A DNA stretch of 64,000 bases from an uncultured Alphaproteobacteria bacterium (GTDB lineage Bacteria > Pseudomonadota > Alphaproteobacteria > HIMB59 > GCA-002718135). Both the position numbers and the translations under genes were made by a program. Positions 32,312 to 42,119 of the stretch are shown here, one piece after another (position 1 is the first letter of the stretch; every line of letters begins with the position of its first letter). The notes below the pieces were generated by a model, which saw only the letters and a list, made by a program, of their open reading frames with translations, was not told where the DNA came from and did no database searches. The stretch covers positions 36,436 to 100,435 of the forward strand of contig CACNUI010000003.1 of assembly GCA_902623545.1 (NCBI GenBank). The letters run 5' to 3'.

Positions 32312-33464
32312 ACTTAACTATAAGATTATAAAATTCTAAAAAAAGATAATGACTATCATGGGGACCAGGTGAGGCTTCTGGATGATACTGAACACTAAAT
32401 ACAGGCTGAGTTTTATGTTTAAAGCCTTCATTAGTTCCATCAAATAAAGAAATATGTGTTTCAATGATATCTTTTGAAAAAGATTCTCTATCAACTTCAA
32501 AACCATGATTTTGAGAAGTTATTTCAACAAAACTAGTTAAGAGGTTCTTAACAGGATGATTTGAACCTCTATGACCCTGAAACATTTTTTTTGTTTTAGC
32601 ACCTAAAGCCAAGCTTAATATTTGATGTCCTAAACATATTCCAAAAATTGGTATTTCTTTATCAATTAATTTTTTTAATGTATTAATTATATTTGTACCA
32701 GTTGCAAAAGGATCGCCAGGACCATTAGATAAAAATATTCCATCAGGTTTAGTTTTAATAATATCCTCATAACTACTTGATAAATTTAATACTGTAGGAT
32801 TTAGATTATATTCATGCAAATTTCTTAAAATATTATGTTTTATTCCAAAGTCTAAACAAGTTACATTAAATTTTTTTTTGGATCCATTTACACTCTTTTT
32901 ACTCCAAGTATTTTCTGCCCAATTGTAACCAATATTTGTTGAAACAACTTTTGCTAAATCTAAATTTTCTAAACCAGACCAATTAGCTATTTCATGATGG
33001 AATTTATTAAGTGATTCTTTATTAGTTCCAAAATTTATTAATGCAGCTTTCATTGCACCTTTATTTGCCAGTATTTTTGTTAAATATCTCGTATCTACAC
33101 CATACAGACATGGTATGTTGTTTTTTATGAAAAATGAATTAAGATCTTCTTCAGCTCTCCAATTTGAATAAAAATTATTTGGCTGATTAATTATACAGCC
33201 ATCAGCATAAATTTGACTTGATTCTTGATCTTCTGAGTTAGTACCCACTATTCCAATATGTGGAAAAGTAAATGTAATGATTTGTTTTGTATAAGAGGGG
33301 TCTGTTAAAGCTTCTTGGTAACCTGTTTGGGATGTATTGAAGCAAAGTTCACCTATAACAGCTTTTTTGACACCAAGACCATATCCTAGCAAAACTTCAC
33401 CATTTTCTAATACCAATGCGGCGCTTTTATTTGTGGGAAAATTAATTTTTTTTAAGCTTTCCAT
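32295..33464 (-). CDS. carA: Carbamoyl-phosphate synthase small (glutaminase) subunit
   Basis: 389 aa with the catalytic-Cys motif GICLGHQ and [13 protein letters not shown]. Confidence 0.96.
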   Translation of the reverse strand: MESLKKINFPTNKSAALVLENGEVLLGYGLGVKKAVIGELCFNTSQTGYQEALTDPSYTKQIITFTFPHIGIVGTNSEDQESSQIYADGCIINQPNNFYSNWRAEEDLNSFFIKNNIPCLYGVDTRYLTKILANKGAMKAALINFGTNKESLNKFHHEIANWSGLENLDLAKVVSTNIGYNWAENTWSKKSVNGSKKKFNVTCLDFGIKHNILRNLHEYNLNPTVLNLSSSYEDIIKTKPDGIFLSNGPGDPFATGTNIINTLKKLIDKEIPIFGICLGHQILSLALGAKTKKMFQGHRGSNHPVKNLLTSFVEITSQNHGFEVDRESFSKDIIETHISLFDGTNEGFKHKTQPVFSVQYHPEASPGPHDSHYLFLEFYNLIVKYAKKN

Positions 33465-33587
33465 TATTTTTGTTTAAGCAAAATGATATTTACTAGGCAT
33501 TTATACTTATCTAGTCAAGGATTAGTTGAAAATAATAAGAAGAATTATATTAATATAATAATTATAAAAATTTATAACTAGGAGTAA

Positions 33588-34049
33588 ATGAGCCAGATGA
33601 ATTTAATAGATAAAATAGATGAAAAATATAAAAATTCGATTAAAGAAAAAGACAGTAATTCAATAAATACTTTAAGACTTATTAGAAGTGCAATAAAGGA
33701 TAAGGAAATTTCTCTTAGGGGAAAACAGGTAAATATTACAGACAATGATGTACTATTATTACTTCAAAATCTAATAAAGCAGAGACATGATTCAATAGAA
33801 GCTTTTAAGAAAGCGAATCGAGACGACTTAATTGAAAAGGAGAAAGCAGAAATTAATGTTATAGAAAGATTTTTGCCTGAGCAAAAAAATGAAAAAGAGA
33901 CTGAAGAAATTATAAAAGAAATAATTAAAGAAAATAATCTCTCTACAATAAAAGATATGGGTAAAGTAATGAATATTATTAAATCAAAATATACAGGAGT
34001 CATTGATATGGGAGTAGCAGGCAAAATTGCTAAGAGTAACTTAGGTTAA
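33588..34049 (+). CDS. GatB/YqeY domain protein
   Basis: 153 aa with LRLIRSAIKDKEI and ERFLPEQ motifs. GGAG lies upstream of the ATG. Confidence 0.85.
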   Translation: MSQMNLIDKIDEKYKNSIKEKDSNSINTLRLIRSAIKDKEISLRGKQVNITDNDVLLLLQNLIKQRHDSIEAFKKANRDDLIEKEKAEINVIERFLPEQKNEKETEEIIKEIIKENNLSTIKDMGKVMNIIKSKYTGVIDMGVAGKIAKSNLG

Positions 34050-34051
34050 GC

Positions 34052-35788
34052 ATGTCATTTTCGAAAAATGATCTTGAAATTATTAAATCTAAGATTTTAC
34101 TTTCAGACGAGCTTCGTAAAAAAGTAAATGTAATTAAAAAAGGTAACGATTATTGGTGTTGTTGTCCTTTTCATGAGGAAAAAACTCCATCATGCAAAAT
34201 TAATGATGATTTTGGCTCATACTATTGTTTTGGATGTGGAGCGAAAGGTGATATCTTTACAATATATACTGAATTATACAACTATACTTTTCCAGATGCA
34301 GTTAAAGAATTAGCTCAAAAAGTTGGTATCAAATTAACTGAAGATAACTTTAAGCAAAATAAAAAAAATGAAAATATTTTCAGAATTCTTGAAATTTCAA
34401 CAAATTGGTTTCAAACTAACCTTCAAAATAACGAAAATTGCAAATTATATTTAAAAAAGAGATTAATTTCAGAAAAAACAATTAATGATTTTAAAATTGG
34501 ATATTCATTTAATTCAAAATCTTCTCTTTATATGTACTTAAAAGAACAAAATTTTTCTGATGATGATATTATAAAAAGCAATTTAGTAAAAATTGATAAT
34601 AATAAAAAAATAAAAGATTTTTTTTACAAAAGATTAATTTTTCCTATAGCAAATGAACAAAACAAAATAGTCGGTTTTGGTGGAAGAGTATTAGATAATT
34701 CTATGCCTAAATATATTAATTCCCCAGAAAGTTTTTTTTTTAAAAAAAGGGGCATTTTATACAATCTCAATCAAGCAAAACAAAATATAAGATCAAAAAA
34801 AAATATTCTTATATGTGAAGGATATATGGACGTTATAAGTTTGTATGAAAAAAATATTAAAACCGCTGTCGCGCCTCTTGGTACTGCTCTAACAGAAACA
34901 CAACTTTCCTTAGCATGGAAATATGCGAACAAACCAACTATAATGTTTGATGGTGATCTATCGGGTGTAAAAGCATCTTATAAAACCGCTTTGATGGCTT
35001 TAAAATATTTATCACCAAATAAATATTTGCAATTTATAAAATTACCACTTAACTATGATCCAGATAGTTATATTAATCAATTTTCATACAATAATTTTAT
35101 TACAATATTAAAAAAACCAATTTCTATAATTGATTTTATTTTTGAACAATCTTCATCTTCAATTGATTTGAGTCAAGCAGATAATAAAATAAGTTATGAT
35201 AAATATATTGATGATTTAATTGAAACAATAGAAAATAAAAAAATTAAGTATTTTTACAAAAATGAATTTAAAAAATTATTTTATAGTAAAATAAAACAGA
35301 AAAATAAGTCTTCAATAAATTCACAAAATAAATTACCTACTCAACCGCTCTTTGAAAAACAAATTGACTCTTTCGTCCTATCATACCTAAATCATATATC
35401 TATAAGGGATGATCTATTTAGCATGTTAAATGAAAGTAATTTATTAGATAAGAGCAAATTAGAATTCCTAAGTTTTTTTCAAAACTCAAAATACAAGACG
35501 TTTCTATTTAAAGACTTAAAAAATTTAAACCTACCAAAATCAATCGAAGAAACACTAAGTAAAATTAATAATAATAGCGTTTTGAGCCTTTTTCCCTACT
35601 CAAAAAATGAAAACAATTCCTTGGAAAGCCTTAATGAAATCAAAGAATCTATCGAAAATTTGAACACAAGACTTTTAAATTTGAAAAAAATAAATAAAAG
35701 CCTAAATGATTTAGACAATAATTTAACATCTTTGACTTGGGAAGATTTGAGGAAAATTACATCTGATTTCCATTTCAGTGATGAATAA
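34052..35788 (+). CDS. dnaG: DNA primase
   Basis: 578 aa with the zinc finger CCCPFHEEKTPSCKIN...CFGCGAKGD and the TOPRIM motifs ICEGYMDVI and FDGDLSG. Confidence 0.95.
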   Translation: MSFSKNDLEIIKSKILLSDELRKKVNVIKKGNDYWCCCPFHEEKTPSCKINDDFGSYYCFGCGAKGDIFTIYTELYNYTFPDAVKELAQKVGIKLTEDNFKQNKKNENIFRILEISTNWFQTNLQNNENCKLYLKKRLISEKTINDFKIGYSFNSKSSLYMYLKEQNFSDDDIIKSNLVKIDNNKKIKDFFYKRLIFPIANEQNKIVGFGGRVLDNSMPKYINSPESFFFKKRGILYNLNQAKQNIRSKKNILICEGYMDVISLYEKNIKTAVAPLGTALTETQLSLAWKYANKPTIMFDGDLSGVKASYKTALMALKYLSPNKYLQFIKLPLNYDPDSYINQFSYNNFITILKKPISIIDFIFEQSSSSIDLSQADNKISYDKYIDDLIETIENKKIKYFYKNEFKKLFYSKIKQKNKSSINSQNKLPTQPLFEKQIDSFVLSYLNHISIRDDLFSMLNESNLLDKSKLEFLSFFQNSKYKTFLFKDLKNLNLPKSIEETLSKINNNSVLSLFPYSKNENNSLESLNEIKESIENLNTRLLNLKKINKSLNDLDNNLTSLTWEDLRKITSDFHFSDE

Positions 35789-35800
35789 TATTTTATTATT

Positions 35801-37952
35801 ATGAAAAAAAAGAAAAAAAAAGTAATCAAAAAAAAGTCTACAAAAAAAGTAACCAAAAAAAAGGTTACAAAAAAAGTAAAAAAAACAAAATCTAAAAAAA
35901 CAGTTTCTAAACCCAAATCCGTTAAGAAAAAAAAGAATTTCTAAAACAACTAAAAAACCAAAAAAAAATGAAGTTAATCAACATAATAAAAATAAATTAA
36001 ATTCAAAACCTAAAAAACAAAAGATTAGTTTTGACGATAAGCTAAAAGAATTTTTTGAAAAATTAATTAATAAAAATAAAATTGACGGTATTTATACTCA
36101 AAAAATAATTGAAAAAGCTATTCCAAAAAAATTCAGAGAACCTGAAAATATTAAAAAATTTAAAGACTTAATCATAGCTAGTAATATAAAAATTTATTCT
36201 GAAGATGAAGCAAAAGAAATTATAAAAAATAACAAATCCGAAAACTTAAAATCAGAAGATAATACAGATGAAGATGGAAAAAAACAGACTGGAAAAACTG
36301 ATGATCCAGTAAGATTATATTTGAGAGATATGGGTGCAGTTGAACTCTTAAGTAGAGAAGGTGAAATAGCAATTGCTAAAAGAATAGAGGCTGGTAGGGA
36401 AAAAATGATAGGCGCAATATGTGAAAGTCCTATGACAATAAGATCCATTATTAATTGGAAAGATTCTATTAAAGATGGAACGATGCTTTTAAGAGATATA
36501 GTTGATTTGGAAGCTACCTACGATATGTCTGATATTTCTGATAATAAATTAGAGGACACTTTTAAATTAATAGAAAATGCAGATAGTAAAGAAAATGAAA
36601 AGAAAGACGATATTAATGCAAAGAAAGAGGAATCTGAAAATGATCCTAATTCATCACAGGAAGATGATGAAGATGAAGGACTTAATGTTTCACTTGCAGC
36701 AATGGAAGAAAAACTTAAACCAAAAGTATTAAATGACTTTAATGAAATAACAAAGCTATTTAAAAAACTTCAAAAATCAAGTTTAGAACTAATTAATTCT
36801 GATAAAAAAAATGAAAAAAATTTTATAAATTTAGAAAAAAAATATAAAAAAATTCAAAAAGAAATGATTTCAGCAATGAAAGCAGTTCATTTTAATTCTT
36901 CTACGATTGAAGCATTAATGGAAGCGTTATATGAATTGAATAAAAAACTCTTACTTAGAGAAGGTAAAATGCTTAGAATGGCTACAAATTCTGGAGTTAA
37001 AAGAGAGGATTTCATTGAACAATATTTAAATTTTAATTTTGAAAAAAACTGGATACAAAACTTATTATCAACAAATAATAAGAATTGGGAAAAATTTATT
37101 AATAGAAATCATTTAGAAATTAATAAGTTAATTGATGAAATTAAGGAAATTCAGGAAGCATCTGAATTGCCATTAAAAGAATTTAGAAGAATAGTAAGTA
37201 CTGTTCAGCAAGGTGAAAGATCAGCAAATAGAGCTAAAAAAGAAATGATAGAGTCAAACTTGAGGTTAGTAATTTCTATAGCAAAAAAATATACTAATAG
37301 AGGTTTACAATTTTTAGATCTTATACAAGAGGGTAATATTGGATTAATGAAAGCTGTAGACAAATTTGAATATAGAAGAGGTTACAAATTTTCAACGTAT
37401 GCAACCTGGTGGATTAGACAGGCAATTACAAGATCCATTGCAGATCAAGCAAGAACTATAAGAATTCCAGTACATATGATAGAAACAATTAATAAAATCG
37501 TAAGAACTACTAGACAAATTATGTCTGAGATTGGAAGAGAGCCAACTCCTAATGAGTTAGCAGATCGTTTACATATGCCGTTAGATAAAGTAAAAAAAGT
37601 TTTAAAAATAGCAAAAGAACCAATAAGTTTGGAAACGCCAGTAGGTGATGAGGAAGATAGTTCACTCGGGGACTTTATAGAGGATAAAAATGCACTCATT
37701 CCTATAGATGCAGCTGTAAAGAGCTCTCTTAGGGATACAACAACACGAATATTATCATCTCTAACTCCAAGAGAAGAGAGAGTTTTAAGAATGAGGTTTG
37801 GTATTGGAATGAATAGTGATCACACTTTAGAAGAAGTTGGGCAGCAATTTAGTGTTACTAGAGAAAGAATACGACAGATTGAGGCTAAAGCTTTAAGAAA
37901 ATTAAAACACCCAACAAGAGCAAGAAAACTAAAAACATTTTTAGATGAATAA
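35801..37952 (+). CDS. rpoD: RNA polymerase sigma-70 factor RpoD; as sequenced, needs a +1 frame change in an A-run between 35880 and 35941 (the uninterrupted part is the track ORF 36321..37952)
   Basis: Regions 1.2-4.2 are unmistakable: [78 protein letters not shown]. The same frame is open back to 35880 and encodes a region-1.1-like sequence, but has no ATG, GTG or TTG before 36321. ATG 35801 is offset by one frame and stops at 35942-44. See finding. Confidence 0.7.
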
Positions 37953-38780
37953 ATGGAGCTAACACTCCTAGGTACAGGGTGTCCTAAAGTAGATCATAAA
38001 AGATTTGGACCATCTAACTTAATTACTTCAAAGCAAGCTAAAATATTAATAGATTGTGGATCAGGTGTTACCCAAAGATTAGATGAAGCTAAAGTTTCAA
38101 CTGCTGACATAGATGCTTTATTCTTAACACATCTTCATTCAGATCATGTAGTAGATTTATATCAGCTTATTATCTCGTCATGGCATTCATATAGAATCAA
38201 ACCTTGGAAAATATTTGGACCAAAAGGAACAAAAAAATTTGTTACAAACATTATGAAGGCTTGGCAAGATGAGAGAAATTTAAGAATAAAATATGAATCA
38301 AGATCTTCAACAAAAGCATTTAAAACCACAATTAAAGAATTTAAAAATTTAGGAAAAGTAAAAATTAAAGATATAAATATTGAATATTTTGAAGTAGATC
38401 ACAGACCAGTAAAATATGCCTATGGTTTTAATTTCTTGTATAAAAGAAAAAAACTAACAATAAGTGGTGATACAAAACCATGTGAAAACTTAATAAAATA
38501 TGCACAAAATGCTGATGTTTTACTTCATGAAGTTTTTATTGATGGCGAATTCAAAGAAACAAACAAAATGCGAACTAAAAAAACATTACACAATGTAAGA
38601 AATTATCACACACCTTCAACGATAGTTGGAAAGGTTGCTAAATTAACTAAAGCTAAAAAATTAATTTTAACTCATTTAGTTCCCACAAAGTTTGATGAAA
38701 AAAAATTAAAAAAAACAGTTAAAATAGACTTTGGAAAAAATCCAATTATTGGTAAAGATCTTTTGAAAATTAGAATTTAG
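37953..38780 (+). CDS. MBL-fold metallo-hydrolase (RNase Z/BN-like)
   Basis: 275 aa with LIDCGSG and the zinc motif HLHSDH. Starts immediately after the rpoD stop. Confidence 0.8.
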   Translation: MELTLLGTGCPKVDHKRFGPSNLITSKQAKILIDCGSGVTQRLDEAKVSTADIDALFLTHLHSDHVVDLYQLIISSWHSYRIKPWKIFGPKGTKKFVTNIMKAWQDERNLRIKYESRSSTKAFKTTIKEFKNLGKVKIKDINIEYFEVDHRPVKYAYGFNFLYKRKKLTISGDTKPCENLIKYAQNADVLLHEVFIDGEFKETNKMRTKKTLHNVRNYHTPSTIVGKVAKLTKAKKLILTHLVPTKFDEKKLKKTVKIDFGKNPIIGKDLLKIRI

Positions 38781-38790
38781 TATTATTTAA

Positions 38791-38819
38791 TTGAAAGTTG
38801 TAACATAGAGATGTATTAG
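38791..38819 (+). promoter_or_regulatory. Candidate promoter for tRNA(CAT): TTGAAA-17 nt-TATTAG
   Basis: TTGAAA at 38791-96, a 17-nt spacer and TATTAG at 38814-19, ending 9 nt before the tRNA 5' end. AT-rich background, so specificity is low. Confidence 0.3.
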
Positions 38820-38828
38820 CTGATTTTA

Positions 38829-38905
38829 GGGCTCTTAGCTCAGTTGGTTAGAGCGCCCCGCTCATAACGGGGTGGTCCGGGGTTCAAGTCCCTGAGGGCC
38901 CACCA
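38829..38905 (+). tRNA. tRNA with anticodon CAT: elongator tRNA-Met or lysidine-modified tRNA-Ile2 (not an initiator); CCA encoded
   Basis: Hand-folded cloverleaf. Acceptor GGGCTCT/AGGGCCC, D arm GCTC-AGTTGGTTA-GAGC, anticodon arm CCCCG-CTCATAA-CGGGG, variable TGGTC, T arm CGGGG-TTCAAGT-CCCTG. The G1-C72 pair and the lack of the GGG/CCC anticodon-stem signature argue against tRNA-fMet. 77 nt. Confidence 0.9.
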
Positions 38906-39000
38906 TTCTTAATATTTTTAACATAAAATTTGTAAAATTTAGTATTTTAAATGTATTTGTATATGTTACACATAAAATAGAATTTTTCATGGGAGGAAAA

Positions 39001-40221
39001 ATGAAAAAATTATTAACTTTAGTAATTTTATTTACCTCAACTATAGCCTCTGCAGGTACATTGGTTGTTAACTCTAACCAATCTGGAGAACCTTCTAAAT
39101 CTGCTTTTGATGCATATGTTGCTGCATTCAGTGCAGCTCATCCAGAAGTAACAGTTGTTGTAAATGAATTTGAACATGAAGCATATAAAACTGCTATTAG
39201 AAACTTTCTTACTGCTGAAGCACCAGATGTTGCAATTTGGTTTGCAGGTAATAGAATGAAATTTTTTGTTGATCAAAATTTATTTCAAGATGTAAGTGAT
39301 GTATGGGCAGATGCTGATCTTAATGACTCAATGGCTTCTTCTAAGGGATCCCTCACAGTTGATGGAAAACAATATGGTGTTCCATGGGGTTACTATCAAT
39401 GGGGTGTATATTACCGAAAAGATTTATTTGACCAACTTGGTTTAAATGTTCCACGTGATTGGGCTGAATTTAAATGGGTTTGTGCTATGCTCAAAAAAAA
39501 TGGAATTACTCCAATCACAATTGGTACTAAGTTTTTATGGACTGCTGGTGGATGGTTTGATTATTTAAATCTTAGAATTAATGGTTATCAATTCCATATG
39601 GATTTAACAGCTGGTAAAGTAAGTTATGAAGATCCAAGACTTGATGCTGTTTTTGATCATTGGAGAGAATTAATTGATCCAGGATATTTCCTTGAAGATC
39701 ATGCTTCTTTCTCATGGCAAGATGCACAAGCTCCACAAATTAATGGTGAAGCTGCTATGTACTTAATTGGTAATTTCTATGTACCAACTTTTGAGGCAGC
39801 AGGTATAGGTGATCAAATGGATTTCTTCCAATTCCCTACAATTTATAAAGGTGTAGGCGTAGCTGAAGATGCTCCAACTGATACAATGCATATTCCTAGT
39901 GGTGCTAAAAATGTTGAAGATGCAAAGAAATTCTTAGCATTTATGTCAAACAAAGAGGCTGCTACCAACTGGGCTAAAATGGGTGGTATGTTAAGTCCAA
40001 ACAAATATGCTGATAAACCAACAAATAGATTCTCAATAATGGGAGCTAAGATGCTCGCAGCTGCAGATGATATTGCACAATTCTGGGATAGGGACGCTAA
40101 CCCAGATATGGCTGGTGCAGCAATGGAAGGTTTCCAAGAATTTATGGTTAAGCCTGATCGTGAAGATAAAATTAGAGCTCGTCTTGAAAAAGAGAGAGCT
40201 AGAATTCACGGAGCATTATAA
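39001..40221 (+). CDS. ABC transporter periplasmic substrate-binding protein, carbohydrate (CUT1) family
   Basis: Signal peptide MKKLLTLVILFTSTIASAGT. Trp/Tyr-rich sugar-SBP-like body (GVPWGYYQWGVYYRKDLF). I prefer ATG 39001, which is preceded by GGGAGG (38991-96), over the track ATG at 38989. Confidence 0.88.
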   Translation: MKKLLTLVILFTSTIASAGTLVVNSNQSGEPSKSAFDAYVAAFSAAHPEVTVVVNEFEHEAYKTAIRNFLTAEAPDVAIWFAGNRMKFFVDQNLFQDVSDVWADADLNDSMASSKGSLTVDGKQYGVPWGYYQWGVYYRKDLFDQLGLNVPRDWAEFKWVCAMLKKNGITPITIGTKFLWTAGGWFDYLNLRINGYQFHMDLTAGKVSYEDPRLDAVFDHWRELIDPGYFLEDHASFSWQDAQAPQINGEAAMYLIGNFYVPTFEAAGIGDQMDFFQFPTIYKGVGVAEDAPTDTMHIPSGAKNVEDAKKFLAFMSNKEAATNWAKMGGMLSPNKYADKPTNRFSIMGAKMLAAADDIAQFWDRDANPDMAGAAMEGFQEFMVKPDREDKIRARLEKERARIHGAL

Positions 40222-40233
40222 ATTAAATCTTAA

Positions 40234-40259
40234 ATAGAGGTGTAAATTTACACCTCTAT
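40234..40259 (+). terminator. Intercistronic perfect hairpin (11-bp stem, 4-nt loop) after the binding-protein gene; partial terminator or mRNA-stabilising element
   Basis: ATAGAGGTGTA-AATT-TACACCTCTAT is a perfect palindrome by direct reading, 12 nt after the stop codon. It is followed by a moderately T-rich sequence, not a clean U-tract. Confidence 0.55.
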
Positions 40260-40315
40260 ATTCAATTATTTAAATTTAATATTATAAAATAAATACAAAT
40301 AAATATTATAATCAA

Positions 40316-41230
40316 ATGAGTTTTTGGGAACGTAATCAATTAAAAATAGCGCCATTTCTTTTTCTTGCTCCAGCAATTCTAATTTTTTTAGTTTATGTAA
40401 TTTATCCTATTTTTGACTCTATATGGGTAAGCTTTCATGAATGGAATGGAATGGATAAAAGTGGAACAAGAGCTAACGGAAAACCAAACTGGGAGTTTGT
40501 TGGCTTTAAAAATTATATCACCTTATTTACGGATGATGATGAATTTTATGTTTCTCTTTTTAATAATGTCAGATGGTTAATCTTTAGCTTACTTGCTGTT
40601 CCAATTGGATTAGCTTTAGCTCTTTTTGTTAATCAACGAATTTTAGGTATTAGATATATAAAGTCATTATTTTATTTTCCATTTGTAATAAATGCTGTTG
40701 TCATAGGAGTAATATTTACTTGGTTTTATAATCCAAAATACGGTGCCTTAAGTCTTGTGCTAGGTTTTTTTGGTTTAGATCCTATCCCAATGTTAGCAGA
40801 TGAAAGTTTAGCAACATATGGAATTATTATAGCATCATTTTTTCCAGGTATAGCTTACACAATGATATTGTATATTACTGGATTGACAGGTGTAAGCAGA
40901 GAAATGATTGAAGCTGGAAGGATAGATGGTGCATCAGGATTTACAATGTTATGGCATATTGTTCTTCCTCAATTAAGACCAGCAACACTTATTGCGATAG
41001 TTGTAACATTAGTTGGAGCACTCAGAGCATTTGATTTGATAGCAGTTATGACAGCTGGAGGCCCTTGGGGGAGTTCAGAAGTTCTAGCCTATAAAATGTA
41101 TCAAGAGGCATTATTCAATTTTAGAATGGGTTATGGGGCTGCCATTGCCACAATTCTTTTCCTAATCATGGATATTTACATTGCTTGGTTTTTATATCGT
41201 TTATTTAAGAATGAAAGGTCTGAAAAATAA
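40316..41230 (+). CDS. ABC transporter permease (CUT1, MalF/UgpA-like)
   Basis: 304 aa with 6 predicted TM segments and the EAA loop EAGRIDGASGFTMLWHIVLPQLRP. Confidence 0.9.
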   Translation: MSFWERNQLKIAPFLFLAPAILIFLVYVIYPIFDSIWVSFHEWNGMDKSGTRANGKPNWEFVGFKNYITLFTDDDEFYVSLFNNVRWLIFSLLAVPIGLALALFVNQRILGIRYIKSLFYFPFVINAVVIGVIFTWFYNPKYGALSLVLGFFGLDPIPMLADESLATYGIIIASFFPGIAYTMILYITGLTGVSREMIEAGRIDGASGFTMLWHIVLPQLRPATLIAIVVTLVGALRAFDLIAVMTAGGPWGSSEVLAYKMYQEALFNFRMGYGAAIATILFLIMDIYIAWFLYRLFKNERSEK

Positions 41231-42081
41231 TGTTTCCAACTCCAATCCAAAATTATTCTTTAAAAATAAATATTGGTTACAGGGTTTTACTTGTTTTCAC
41301 ACTTATAATTTGGTTGTTACCACTATTAGCTGTTATGCTTACTTCAATTAGAACCTTCGATGATGTTCTTGCAGGTAATTATTGGACATTTCCAGAAGAG
41401 ACAGCTTTAGTTTCTAATTATACTGCAGTATTTGCAGATGGAAAAATGGCAGGCTTTTTTCTCAACAGTCTTATCATTACAATTCCAACAGTAATAGGCA
41501 CATTATTTTTAAGTTCTCTAGCAGGTTACTCTCTTGCTATGCATAAATTTAAATTAAATTTATTAGTATTTGCTATGTTTATAGCAGGAAATTTTGTTCC
41601 ATACCAAATATTGATGATACCAGTACGAAATATATCAATTGAATTAGGTATGTATAATAGTCATTTGGGATTAATTATTTTTCATATTGCTTTTCAAACT
41701 GGTTTTTGTACTTTCTTTCTAAGGAACTTTATTAAAGAATTACCATTTGAACTTATTGAAGCAGCTAGAGCTGATGGTGCAACTGAATGGATGATATATA
41801 GAAAAATAATAATTCCACTTACAATACCCGCACTTGCAGCACTCGGTGTTTTGGAGTTTACTTTTATATGGAATGATTATTTTTGGGCATTAATTTTAAC
41901 ACAAGGGGATACTGTAAAACCAATAACTGTTGGTTTAGATGTTTTAAGAGGTCAATGGACAACAGCTTGGAATTTAGTTTCAGCGGGTTCTGTTGTGGCA
42001 GCTCTACCTCCAGTAATAATGTTCTTTATTTTACAAAGACAATTTATTCATGGTTTAACCTTTGGAGCAGTTAAAGGATAA
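41230..42081 (+). CDS. ABC transporter permease (CUT1, MalG/UgpE-like)
   Basis: 283 aa with the EAA loop EAARADGATEWMIYRKIIIPLTIP. Overlaps the previous gene by 1 nt. Confidence 0.9.
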   Translation: MFPTPIQNYSLKINIGYRVLLVFTLIIWLLPLLAVMLTSIRTFDDVLAGNYWTFPEETALVSNYTAVFADGKMAGFFLNSLIITIPTVIGTLFLSSLAGYSLAMHKFKLNLLVFAMFIAGNFVPYQILMIPVRNISIELGMYNSHLGLIIFHIAFQTGFCTFFLRNFIKELPFELIEAARADGATEWMIYRKIIIPLTIPALAALGVLEFTFIWNDYFWALILTQGDTVKPITVGLDVLRGQWTTAWNLVSAGSVVAALPPVIMFFILQRQFIHGLTFGAVKG

Positions 42082-42082
42082 T

Positions 42083-42111
42083 TTGTTGCAAATAAAATAG
42101 TAAAATATAAT
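42083..42111 (+). promoter_or_regulatory. Candidate internal promoter for fba: TTGTTG-17 nt-TATAAT
   Basis: A consensus TATAAT at 42106-42111 ends 8 nt before the fba ATG (42120). A weak -35 TTGTTG lies at 42083-88 with a 17-nt spacer. TATAAT is expected by chance in this composition. Confidence 0.3.
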
Positions 42112-42119
42112 AGACTTTT

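Noticed and set aside
35596-35916. 106-aa minus-strand ORF rich in Phe ([24 protein letters not shown])
   Set aside because: It is the antisense translation of the poly(A)/lysine-codon field at the dnaG-rpoD junction. It overlaps the dnaG 3' end and the rpoD 5' region.
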